In this document: positions 30,801-55,400 of the stretch, piece after piece
How the letters are laid out: every line of letters begins with the position of its first letter
Numbering within the stretch: position 1 is the first letter of the stretch
Source of the DNA: Trichoplax sp. H2
Lineage: Eukaryota
Direction: 5' to 3'
Assembly (NCBI GenBank): GCA_003344405.1
Contig: NOWV01000159.1
Location: forward strand, 1 to 64,000
DNA: 64,000 nt
Notes under the pieces: model-generated
Told to the model about the DNA's origin: nothing
Database searches by the model: none
Seen by the model: the letters and a program-made list of their open reading frames with translations, nothing else
Position numbers and translations under genes: made by a program

Positions 30801-33538
30801 TGTAAGACATGTTTATAGTGAGCAACGCACCACCAATGAATCTGATTTTATAAACAAAATATATTAGTGCACTAAACGATTTAGTATCTAGCAATATCTG
30901 AGATACTGTTCTTCAAGTACTGTACTCATTTAGAAATTGCAGTAAAATAATAACTGACAATCTAAAATATAGCTGAAAGGATTTGTTAACACTTACAATA
31001 ATTAATGAGTAAAAAATTCGATAAGTTTGGTTGAAAATCCTCATTACCACTAGCATACTTCATACGGGAATTTTGATAGGTCTAAAACCTTGCATGGGTC
31101 ATATTGAGATTGTTACTAATAAATATATTAGTATTTTCATGTTTTCGTTAAACAAATTTTGGTGATAAAATAAACAATTTTTTAACGCCCGACATATGCT
31201 AGATAGGCTTCAATACAGCTAAAGTGAGTAGAGCTTACTATCTTAAACACGACCCACAAGTAATTATTTGACTAACCATGTTCACGAATAGCACAGTATC
31301 GGTAATTTATTGTATAATAGTATAGAAGCATATGAATAACAGCTATCTATCCACTTATTTATATTAGAACAGCTATTATCAGAAGATATTACGTAACATT
31401 CATAAGTATTCTCAGTTATTTGCAGCTAATAGATTATATACTAATTTTAGCAGCATAAGGAGAATGTTGATTCGTGTTTATGTCATCCATGAAGTTATAA
31501 TGAGTAGAAAATATTTGACATCATTGTTATGGATTCTTTCTCGTAATTACTTTTTTAAATTCACTTTGATTAGAAATAAATATTTACTTATTCGTGTTAT
31601 GTAAATTAAAAAAAATTTAATCTTTGAATCCTTATTAAATCCTATGTATAGAATTTGTCAGAGCGATGAGAAGTTTATCTCATATATTGTTTTGATTAGA
31701 CAATATCGATTCTTACCGCGACATACGTATACACGTAATAGCAAGACATTAAGATTAGTCACAGTAATTAAAAGCATTTTTTGAGTCTATCTCCGGATAG
31801 TCCACTATTATGACCTTAGTAATTCGATTTTGATAATTTTGCAGATTTAATAAAATCGGGCGATGAGGTGCAGATATATGGCATCGTAACCATACTGTAC
31901 TTGATAATATCTATTTTTATCTAATATTACTAACTTACGGGTAAGATATTTGACAACAATAACGTAGTTTATGTACTGTAGGCTTACAGTATGTATTTTT
32001 AAATTACATAGCCTTAAAGTATTGACCGCGCATTTGAGAAATTGAAATATTGCTCTCCGTTAAATTACAGTATCAGAACCTTCAGCGACAACAGTAAGTG
32101 ATCCGTAATTCACTATCCGATAATAATTTAGAGGAAAATTTTTGCTTTGAAAGCGGTGATAATAATAATTAATATTGACGTACAGTATATGAAAAGGTTC
32201 AGCGATCAGACTTGTAATTTTTCCGCAATTTTTACGGCTACTTAATTTAGACTAGCATAAGAATTTGGCAGATCCATGTTACAACCCACGATCGTACATT
32301 TTTTAACTAATTATTATGCTACTTTATAAATACGCAGGAGATAATGCTCATGTTTGTAATGTGCGAAGTCATACATTAGATCCAAGACTATGTAGGATAA
32401 CGATCATACGCGATATGCAGATGATTCAGAATAAGGTTTAGGTTTATTGCAAGGACACGCTACAGGATCGAGATCGATATACCGAGATAGCCATGCAACA
32501 TCTGCATGTATTATATCAGAAGCAATACTATTTAACAGTCTTATTCTGTACTTAGGCTACCGTACTATAGCGTGATTGATCTAGTGTCGCCCGAGAACAT
32601 AACACGATGTATCCCAAAGGAACTGTAAAGTACAATAAATGTTTTTAACAGGTGATTTTAATGCAAATACATAATCTTAGCAATAAATCATCACATTATT
32701 GATGTTACTCTTACTAGTAGTCAGTAGTAGACACTCGAGGGTAATCAAGTGTCACGTGTAATAATTATCAAATATTGTTATAAAAAAAACTTCCAGTCCA
32801 ATGCATTCATCATGCAAGCTTATCCAGTTAGACAACGCACGTGACTCATTCATTTAATCGCCATTGCTAACACAATAATTCTATTGAAAGTTTGGATCAA
32901 CATGTTGATCCAAAAGTTTTAATGGTACCGATATTCTATTCCTCTTGTTGGTATTTTAAGTAAATGGTGTTGAATCATTCCATCTGAATTTTTACCGGAT
33001 ATCCACTTGCCATATTTTAAATTTTATATAATTATTTATTAATTAATTAAATAAATGTAATCTGTAATGATATACAGTACAGTAACACAAGTATATAAGT
33101 GTACATACAGTATAGTTAGCTACACGACACGCCAGCTGAACTTTAAAGCTTTTCCTATACAGTATTAGCTTTTGCTCCTCTTAATTAAATGGGGGGGGGG
33201 GGTTACAGTAAAAACACCGTTAATGGTTAAACACAATTACAATTAAATAGATTCTTAACCTTAATACGTATCAGTCAAATTAACTACCAGGGTCTCTAAA
33301 TTGTACAATACGCATGCTTCCGCACAGAAATTGTATTTAAATGCAGTAATGCAATGCAAATGAGAACAAATCATGGATAAGCTTCTTGGCGCTTTAAAAT
33401 CACACGGCCTTCTTCAGAAAAACGCTTATAAAGTAATAACGTTAAATCCATCTTATTGAATAAAACTCGCAAAAAATTCGGTATTTCCGAGTTTTCCTAG
33501 CTTTTCATCAGAATTATCATGTGAAAACAAACTGACTA

Positions 33539-33633
33539 CTGTAATTTATAGTTGGCATTGTCCAAGTTTTTACACACGAGACAATCGTGTGTAAAACTTT
33601 GAATACTGTACGTATGCCAACTTTAAATTACAG
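33539..33633. repeat. ~95-nt inverted repeat / hairpin upstream of HSPA9
   Basis: CTGTAATTTATAGTTGGCAT pairs with ATGCCAACTTTAAATTACAG, and the inner AAGTTTTTACACACGA pairs with TCGTGTGTAAAACTT around a GACAA loop. Confidence 0.85.
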
Positions 33634-34508
33634 CTTCTCAGTACAGTACTGTACTGTACAGTACAATACTTGAACTAATATGGTACTACTGTACTGTACA
33701 CTACAGTAGTACTGTACAGTACAGTATAAGGTGATCTTGTTACAGTATCTGCTATTAAATGATGCAATATTGCCCAGCCTAACAGAGAGTCCGAAGTACA
33801 GTACAGTACTGTACAGTGTACAGTACTGTAAATGAAAATGAGCTAAGAAATAGTACTGTACGGTACTGTACAGTACAGAGCGATGTTTTGGTCTACAGTA
33901 CAGTACTGTACATGGTAACGGTAACTTACTGTACAGTACTGTAGGTAAAGTAACTGACAGTTAACTTGAGTATCATCAGCACGTGCCAACTTTTAAAAAC
34001 AGTTAGAAATTAAAAATCAAAAATTTTAATCAATGCGCAGCTATGACACTGTAGCACTAGTACCAGTATCAGTCTCAGCATTAATGTACGGTAATTGTAC
34101 TGTACTATACTAACTGATAGATTTCATACTGGTACTACAGTACAGTATGCATGTGCGTACGGTCGCTAGCTGGAATTTCCCAACCTTGAACAGACTGTGT
34201 CTTTTGCCTTTGCTAATAACCATTCCAGCTTCTTGGTTGGTGCGTTGTTCACACAGCTGAAAGGGAACGCAGATACGTTTTGAAGTTAGTAATATCAGAA
34301 ACAGTGTACTTTTCTTCGAGTCTGTAGTCCATGTTGAAGTTTTCTTATTAACAAAGCTTGTGCTTTTCTCTTTCAAAGCAGTTCAAGATTTAGTGTTAAA
34401 TCTGTTTGGATACGAAACAAGTGGGATACTAGTCACATTGCAACAGAATATTTTTCTATTTTACGCGTGTTATCTGGAGCAGTATTTCTTTCCGGGCGTA
34501 ATACGTAT

Positions 34509-38720
<4,212 letters not shown>

Positions 38721-39739
38721 CATATTAGCTTTCATTAAACTGATGCAATGTTATTTTTTGGAGGCTACGTAATTGAATAAAGCGATAAAATGTGACAGCT
38801 TATTATCAGTAACGGTACTAATGCAAAGGAGCAGTTCAGTAATTGAGCTTCTAGTTTTTACTATCCTGCTTGACGTAACAGATATACCAAACAATCGAAG
38901 ATTCGATAGGCCCACTTATGCAAGTTTGACAATTCTACACTAGTATGCGATACTGTATGATTCCGGGTCGAACAACAGAAATTTCGAACGTTACATCATA
39001 CCTTCGTAAAGGCGTACGTTCTACTACATATCATTAGTCGGCAGTACAGTAAAAATACAGATATGTGCTACGTTTCATTACTGTAATGCATACAGAAAAA
39101 CGATATAGTAGTTTACAGGACTTTGTCTTGTGATGTCGGTTTTTAGCTGATAATATGCAACGAAATCTTTTAAAGGTATTTCTGTCTTTAATTCAGTAAT
39201 TTTCATTGGAAAGAATGAACGTGTTTGTAATACAGTAGTACAAGCAGTATTTATAATTTCAGGCTATATTTAAATTCGAAAGGGATAATGAATATCAGTC
39301 ATTTCAAACTATTTCTTGACTAACGCAATTGCCTGAAATACACATGCCAAAAGAGGATAGAAAATGTATTGTAATATCACATTGGGTCTCTCACAACATA
39401 CAGTACACTACTGCACGCTGTACTGTATATGCAGCTTTGTATGTAATTATATAAATTATCGCAGGATCATGTCCTATTCTGGTACAGTATCTTTCAGATC
39501 TTATTTTGGCTAAGCTAATCCATTTTGAATGCACAGTATTTACTATAAGGGTTTCATAATTACTGTATATGGTAATCCCGATAGGATATAATAGTATCAA
39601 AGAATCAGAAAAATGCTCGCACCAATTTTAGATTTATACCAGTGTGAGTGGAGGTACAGATACGTAGTGATACTGAATAGGTAATTTGCATAATTAATCA
39701 ATTAAAGCGATTATAGTGAACATGACAAGTACAGTGATA

Positions 39740-41163
39740 AAGAAAACTACAGAGCAAATGCCTGTCTAAAGGTTAGAATTAAAGATAGAATTGGCTACAT
39801 CACTCACTATACAGCAGATTTTGAGTACATAACAGCCATTACAGTACTTAGTGCCTACGACTATGCGTGTAAGTCAATGGCTCTACAAACAGTTTATAGA
39901 TTCTCTTAAAATATCTTGCATTATCATTGATGCAAAATGCAAAATCCAGAAATTTTTATCAATGCATCCTCTCCCGGAATACTGCTATGTAAGTATACAG
40001 TACATATGCTACGATATAAAATTGAGGTATTGTAAATCTTCGGATATAGAGCTTTAAGCTATCAATTAAACATTGGCGCAGTCAATCAAGACACTTTTCA
40101 TAAAACTGTATAGCTATTACTAACGTATCTACAGCAGTTGCCGATTTAAATAGTGACAATCTCTAATCAACGAAAATAATCTATATCTTGATTTAACAGG
40201 ATCACCGGTACTGTTACCCTAATGTATTCATAGTAAAATTTAAAAAAATTGGACCAATACTATATTTTTAAGAAAGAATGTACATGTATGTAAGCAATAG
40301 TTTTACTATATTGCGTTATGATTGATAGGAACTTCGCATCCAACAAAATATCGTGAAGTAAAAACACCTGTTACTAACATCTACAGACCACAATATTGCA
40401 TTGTACAAACTTGCAAATAGGACGATTACCGGCATAATCTTGGATTAGGTTTTTCAATTGAGTAGCAATATAAGTATACGTATATATACACTATTGTACA
40501 ACACATGAACAGAGGTCAATTTACGTCCCGACTGGTGTGTGATCTTTTGTTGATTTAGATGCTGCCATAGTCTTTCAGAGGCTTTTCAATTCAGAAAATT
40601 TCTAGAAATTCCATAGAACTATGTCAATGTTTTGCACTGATACTTTTCGACGTCCTAAGTCCCAACACCCGACACAATACTTGAACATGATTGATAAACC
40701 AGAAATTTTCAAGAGGAATTTTCTCTTAGATGTCCCCGGATAAACTAAGCCTTTTTTATTTGACGCAAGTCATACATATTTAAATTCGTAATACGTGGGT
40801 TGAAATTGGTGTAATGGCTGAAGATTTATATTATATTCGCAAACTATCAACAGTAATGATAACGACGCCGCATCGTATTATTGATTAATCCATACCGAAT
40901 TCAGAATAATGAAGAAGTAAACGGAGTATCTTGTAGTATTCCTTTCAATCGTTCAATAACAACATTCTGACTTTTAAAGTATAGGTCACTACGAAATAAT
41001 TAGGTATTCGAGTAGTTCATAAGTTGTTTACCTTTTCTGCATGTCTTTTCAAAATCTTTTTGTTTACAACTTTTACTATGAACCCAATCAGTGTATTTTG
41101 ATAAGTAAATTCGCTACAGAAATTAAATATTGTTCCAAAACAAAACTGCGAACTTAAAATTAT
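39740..41163 (-). pseudogene. Decayed protein (tyrosine-like) kinase gene remnant with apparently two tandem kinase domains
   Basis: Minus-strand fragments in correct subdomain order, broken by stops and frameshifts. Domain 1: CFGTIF..FIVKVV, NVVIERLKG..P/LLLHYSEFG, LASNKKGLV..FLLKISGLS, IVLWNF, YIATQLKNL. Domain 2: RNIVKLL, GPIFL/YEY, GD/LLN, ISEDLQYL, GEDALIKISGF, SKSAV*. Recognised by eye only. Confidence 0.5.
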
Positions 41164-41961
41164 CTACTATAAAAAATATAAAATGATCGTTACTTACTCT
41201 TGCTCTTTATTCTTAGGTTACAATACGGGAAAAATTAGTGTCTTTAATTTAAGTAAGTTACAATATCACGTATCCTGGTAATTACATCATACTCTTATCT
41301 AAGTTGACTTATACTGTGTGTGTAAAACAGAGTTTGTAATTACATCGTTAAAAATCTAATGCATTCGTAGTTAACTGGTAGAACCCATGAAAATTCCACG
41401 GAATACAGTTTTAATTAGTATGCCAAATCGCAAAACTTTAACGTTAACGCTATTTACGCGTATATTTAACATGCATTGTAGTACGTACAACAGTATCATA
41501 CAGTCCTATGAAGATCATCGAGCAAAAACATCTAGTATATACATGCAATCACTTCAAATTGCTAGTTCACGAGTACATTAAATGGGGTCAAAAAGTATAA
41601 ACTGATTGAATAGCCTACCAAATGATAAAGCGGGTTGGCCAAAATAGTATTAATTTCTACATGCACATACTAAGTTAGAAACCATCATATCTAAATGCGC
41701 ACTAGCGCTTGTTCGTGTTACAAAAACATCTTGACATCTCGTAGTATGTACGGTATATCGGCGATATATACATGTAGCGTTAACTTGTAATTTCATACTG
41801 CCTGAGATAACGTAACAATGGTGCGAGAGATCATACCAAGACTATAAACGACACTACTATCGTGACTGAATCTATCCAAATTCTTCACAAACTCGCGATA
41901 TATTATTTACAATTAGTCCTGATTACATAGACATAATAATTTTATAGCATTTCTAAACCGA

Positions 41962-46910
<4,949 letters not shown>

Positions 46911-47425
46911 TTTCGAATGATGTTATAATCAGCATTGACGTTGAGTATAATTTTCAATTTCAAAGGTTCTCCAAAAATGCAACAGAATGCTACCGTTGCA
47001 CTCACTAGGGTAAATCGTTCGTGATACTGTACTGTACTGTACACTACTGTACTGTACACTACTGTACTGTAAACCTGCTGTTCAAATGCGAATGCAACGC
47101 AACTATCAATGTACTGTACTGTACAGTACTAGTGTACAGTACGTTGACAAAATGAGGCCGAATGTACTGTGACTGTACACTGTAAATCTCATTCTACTGT
47201 ACAGTACTGTACATTCCAGTGCTACCGTTATTTGACTTAATAAATTTTGACCAGAGATCGGCACCGTTTGCAGGCATACAGTACCTTAATAACAGTACAG
47301 TATTTTTAAGGACCATTTCTAATAACTGACTTCATGCTAGTAACTGGGAAGGTTCTTTTCGACGTTCGATTCCGAACTTAACTCCTAAAATCGTTAATGA
47401 TTAGAAACGTAGCTTTTTATCAGAA
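46911..47425. promoter_or_regulatory. Putative bidirectional promoter (DDX41/ACTR1) with (CTGTA)n arrays
   Basis: Head-to-head genes about 500 nt apart, with TACTGTAC repeats at ~47025-47215. Confidence 0.6.
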
Positions 47426-50333
<2,908 letters not shown>

Positions 50334-50425
50334 TGGTGGTTTCCCCGGCAAGATAGGCGAATCGATTTTGATCTCATGTGCCTGGTAATGTAATGAACTC
50401 CTCTGCAGTATGCTGTAGTTGCTGA

Positions 50426-51835
50426 TGCTGTAGCGGTATCTTTATTCGTTGCTATAAATTTTATAGGGCCAAAGGATTCGACTTAAATTATATTCTAATA
50501 AATCTTTTTTTCAATCTGTTTCCATTCGCTCTAAAATGTATTGTGTAGCAAATCTTAATTGATATTTGTATTATTTACGAACTGTAATTCGTAAATTGTA
50601 ACTCATTAAATTGTTCTTACATCACATTTTGTAGTATTGCTTACTTCTCTAAGTTACACCCACAGCTACCTTCATTATTCCTGTCATTTTAACTACAGTG
50701 TAACGTTGGTGATTCAATGGAACGTATGTAAGGTAGACACAAGGGACTATACTGTAATAGTGAGAAATATGCATTTGTTAACGAGGTCTATGAACAAAAT
50801 AAGGCCGTTACAGTGATCATGTAAAATTAAAATGCATACCTGTCATGTATCTTGTATAGTTATTTTTTCATGTTAGAACGTCTGTTCGAATTTCGAATTA
50901 TGAATTTAAGTTAAAATATATGGCTATTGTTAAAGTTGCATTCGTATGAGTTTATATCAATACAACATTTACGTATATCGTCGCAATTCAAATTTATTCG
51001 TGTTTTAAGTAATAGCAAAGACAATAAAACGCTAGATAGCTAAATAGCGTTTGTGTAGATTCACTACAGCTTTTATTCGGTCCCCAAGGGGAGTGCTTTC
51101 CGATTAACATATTTTAGGACTTAAGACCTGATAACAGTGAAAATACTGTGAAANNNNNNNNNNNNNNNNNNNNTGCTGTAGCGGTATCTTTATTCGTTGC
51201 TATAAATTTTATAGGGCCAAAGGATTCGACTTAAATTATATTCTAATAAATCTTTTTTTCAATCTGTTTCCATTCGCTCTAAAATGTATTGTGTAGCAAA
51301 TCTTAATTGATATTTGTATTGCTTACTTCTCTAAGTTACACCCACAGCTACCTTCATTATTCCTGTCATTTTAACTACAGTGTAACGTTGGTGATTCAAT
51401 GGAACGTATGTAAGGTAGACACAAGGGACTATACTGTAATAGTGAGAAATATGCATTTGTTAACGAGGTCTATGAACAAAATAAGGCCGTTACAGTGATC
51501 ATGTAAAATTAAAATGCATACCTGTCATGTATCTTGTATAGTTATTTTTTCATGTTAGAACGTCTGTTCGAATTTCGAATTATGAATTTAAGTTAAAATA
51601 TATGGCTATTGTTAAAGTTGCATTCGTATGAGTTTATATCAATACAACATTTACGTATATCGTCGCAATTCAAATTTATTCGTGTTTTAAGTAATAGCAA
51701 AGACAATAAAACGCTAGATAGCTAAATAGCGTTTGTGTAGATTCACTACAGCTTTTATTCGGTCCCCAAGGGGAGTGCTTTCCGATTAACATATTTTAGG
51801 ACTTAAGACCTGATAACAGTGAAAATACTGTGAAA
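50426..51835. repeat. Direct duplication (50426-51153 and 51174-51835) flanking a 20-N gap; probable unmerged haplotypes
   Basis: The two copies read identically except for a ~66-bp indel (~50573-50638, present only in copy 1), and both abut the N run at 51154-51173. Confidence 0.9.
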
Positions 51836-52427
51836 TTGCAGATATCATAAATATGTAGTATTTCTGACTTTAGCAAATCGAATTGACAATAAATTAGAAG
51901 TAAAAGATATAAAATATAAAAGCAATCGCAACTACCTAGCGGGCCGGTTGCGCACTATTACAGTCGATAACTAAATATAGAAGTTAACGAATAATACAAT
52001 TCCCCACTGAAAGTTCTATAGCAGTTCGAATCAAATTGTTCACTAGATATATGGTTTTGCTCTTTGCAAAATGCTATCATTACTTCTCGATCGCTTCTAA
52101 GATGCAGTACTAAAAATAAATACGTAACGATTCAGATATTTGGTACATCCTAGTAAGAACTATCAAAAAACTATTTCTCTGAAGCATAGATACAGCATTC
52201 CAGCTGGATAAGAGTCGATAAACCGTATGGTAGATTAGGCATAACGAATAGAGAAATTATATACAGTAACGAAATATAGCTATGATCGATATAATTCCAT
52301 GGTTTATAATGTATAATGTAGGTATCACATTATGATGACGCTAATTTTTAATGGCCATGTTTGTTGACAATAACTATGATAGCATGTGACTGGTAAATAC
52401 CAACTTATAAGTACTTTTCCATTTTGA

Positions 52428-55400
52428 TCAATTGGATCTTTGAAATGTATACTTGACGCGTTGTAAACTTTTTCGAAATCTTTGCGAGCTACGTTGGAGA
52501 GCCGACCGGGGAAAATTATTGTGATTCTGTGCAACAAGCTCCTGCAAGTCCTGATCTTGAAATTCAACCATTCGTTTTGAAATCAGTCTCTGTAAATCCA
52601 TATCAGCAGGGAAAGTATAAGGATTCGCCTTAAAAATACGGACTTGATTTATAATTCTAGCAATCGTCCTACAATCAAAGTCAAACGTAAATATTAATTC
52701 GCATTATCTTAAAATTGCTATATCTCACGACATATGTTTTATGCACGCATAATAATGATACTCATAGAATTATCTTAAAAAGGTAAACTACAACCCTACA
52801 ACCATCATTATGTCCCGTCATCAGAGCCTGCTCCAATGATGATCACTGGACTGTACTAATACAATATGACACCTACCTCATCTTAGACCATTTATACATT
52901 CCATTTGGCATTAAAAAGCCATCACGCTCATGCTGTTGAATCGCGGATAAAAATAAAGAAACTGGCGGTAGTGTCGGCTCGGTTACATTTACCGAATCCA
53001 GAATTACTGTTAATGTGTCTGTTTGCAACTTCAGCTGGAATTATAATAAATAATGTTATAATTAATACCTTGCGATAACATAAAGGATGGTGTACCTAAC
53101 AGTCATTTCGTAAATTCCTATTCGCTATAAAAGGTACCTTATAGCTAGATAAGTGTTCCATAGTATTTAAAGCCTTTGCCGGCAAGCTTCTCCAAACCTA
53201 CCAGAGATCAATAAAATTCGTTTAGTAGAGTCAATATATTTTTCAACACTCGTATTACCAGTGTTTGTACTGCATTGAGCGAAGTCATTAGATTTTCAAA
53301 TATTATCAACAGTGATATCTTATTCAAGTTTCGGTCAGCAAACAGTAGCATAGTAGCATCGATACTTGTAGATATCGATTAACGCGTTGACAACCGTAGT
53401 TATGCGTACCGGTAACTGTCGAACGACAATCATTTCTAAGCCTTCAACAACTTGTAAAAAAGTGGCATAATTTCGTTTCTCGTAGCACCATTTCGCGATT
53501 TTAATAAATTCCGTTAATAACGTTAACTGCATCTAGATAGTGAACGGTGGTTGAACACAAGATGTCAAAAAATGCATCACTTATTAGTGGATATAATTTC
53601 AAATATTAAGAAATTTGTACTGTCACAAATTGCAAAAGATTATAATCCACAATTTCTTACTTTCGCGGAAGGGCAACCGCAAAGTTCTCCTGCGATCCAT
53701 ATTGATGCGCCTTGAGCTCTTTCAAGCAATATTTCTAAGTATTCACTAGGCTCCAGTTTGGCGATATTCTTCAATGAGGTCTTTTCTCTCATACTTCGCC
53801 TCTCCGATGTCATGTAATTAAAAGATTCAAGTTCGTGTTTAGGCTTGCCTATTGATGCTCGAAAATTTACGACTGAACCAAAACGGTTGAATTTTCCAAC
53901 GCTGGAGTTTAAGTCTGACGCTTCGGTACCCAAGAAATCGATCGGATGCATACCAAGAAATAATTCCTAAGTTAAGTTGTATTCGTAAACGAGGATGTTA
54001 TTAGTTTACAGATTTATTATTCTTTCTATAATACAATTACAATTATTAGCTCCCAGATCAACAAGGAAAATAACAGTTTAAATAAAAATAGATTTTCACA
54101 CCTGTTGCATAAGGGTTAGCTGTTTTGCAATTTGAGGAGTAGAGTAATTCAATAACGAATCATGAAAGTTTTTCCCACGATCCATTGCCGTAATTGAAAT
54201 AGCGCTAGGAACATCATCGAAGCACTTAAGTTCTCGCATCCCCATAGCAGTACTATTTGAGCGCCTTACTGACATTCTCCAATTCTGGACGTCAAATATT
54301 TGTCATTGGCTTAAAATTGATACGTATTCTCATCAATCTATCACACTGAAAAACTTACCGATGGAGTGCTACCTAACGTTCTGTTACTTGAAGAGTTGGT
54401 TTCGATATCTAAATAACAAAAACAAATGTTATAATCATTAGTAGTAGTAACTATTTCTAACATGATTTATTTCTGTTTTGCTAACCGTCTTCTTCCTTAT
54501 CTATCTGTTGTTCGCGTATAATAGTATTTTCCGTTTGATCTCTTTCATTCGTACTTAACTTTTTGTCATTGCATAAGTATAACACACGCACTCCCATTCC
54601 AGTTGCGTCAATCGGAATTACCTTTCGAGACATTTGATCAAAAAGATATAGTTACTATGAATCCTTAACCACAGAATCGGTGCTCGCAAAACACTGTTAT
54701 GTAGTACTCACAGTATTCTCCATGAAATCTATCAAGTTGTTCTCTAATTTTTGATTCGTACGAAAATCTTTTGCGTAATATCCCTGCATTAAGGCGAATC
54801 TTAGAAAAGACAAAGTACTGAATATTACAATAACCAGAGCATTACCTCTATCCATTCATACAATATGTCTAGTGAACGAAACTGAACTTGAACTTGTTGG
54901 TAGGTTTGGGTACCACCAGTTTCGATGACGCAAGTTGCAGAGGTATAAACATTAGTAATAAACTGATATAATTGTAGAGGTGTCATAATATATCGGAAGG
55001 TTAACAAGAAATCGTTGACATAATCTTGACCTTTCGCGTCACTAGAAAGTAAAAAGTATTTTTATTCCTTAAAATATCTTTCTTCACCTCATAGCGAGCT
55101 ATTAAATTAGATTGAGTTAGCATTGGCTTTATATTTCCATACCGCGCATACAAGAAAGATAATAAACCCCTTCGTGTACCAGTCTGAAGAACTGGCGTGG
55201 AGCCTGTAGAGCTCGACAACATATTTGGCGAAATCATGTCCCAGCTTCCGCCAAAAATAAGCGTAGGATTCTTTGGTGTAACTCTGAACGATAGTGGCTG
55301 ATTTCCATCGCTATATGAGATAATTGCCGATGACTTAAGTTCCTACTATTGAAGAAATTAAGTAACATTATCTTCTACTAACCAGTTTGCCAAAGAAAAC

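Noticed and set aside
33191-33202. G12 homopolymer
   Set aside because: Single isolated run with no supporting context; could be a simple slippage tract.
40690-40760. Minus-strand resemblance to U11 snRNA (AAAAAGGCTT...GACATCTAAGAGA...AATTTCTGG)
   Set aside because: Spacing is much too short for the U11 stem-loops, and the stretch is better explained as part of the kinase remnant.
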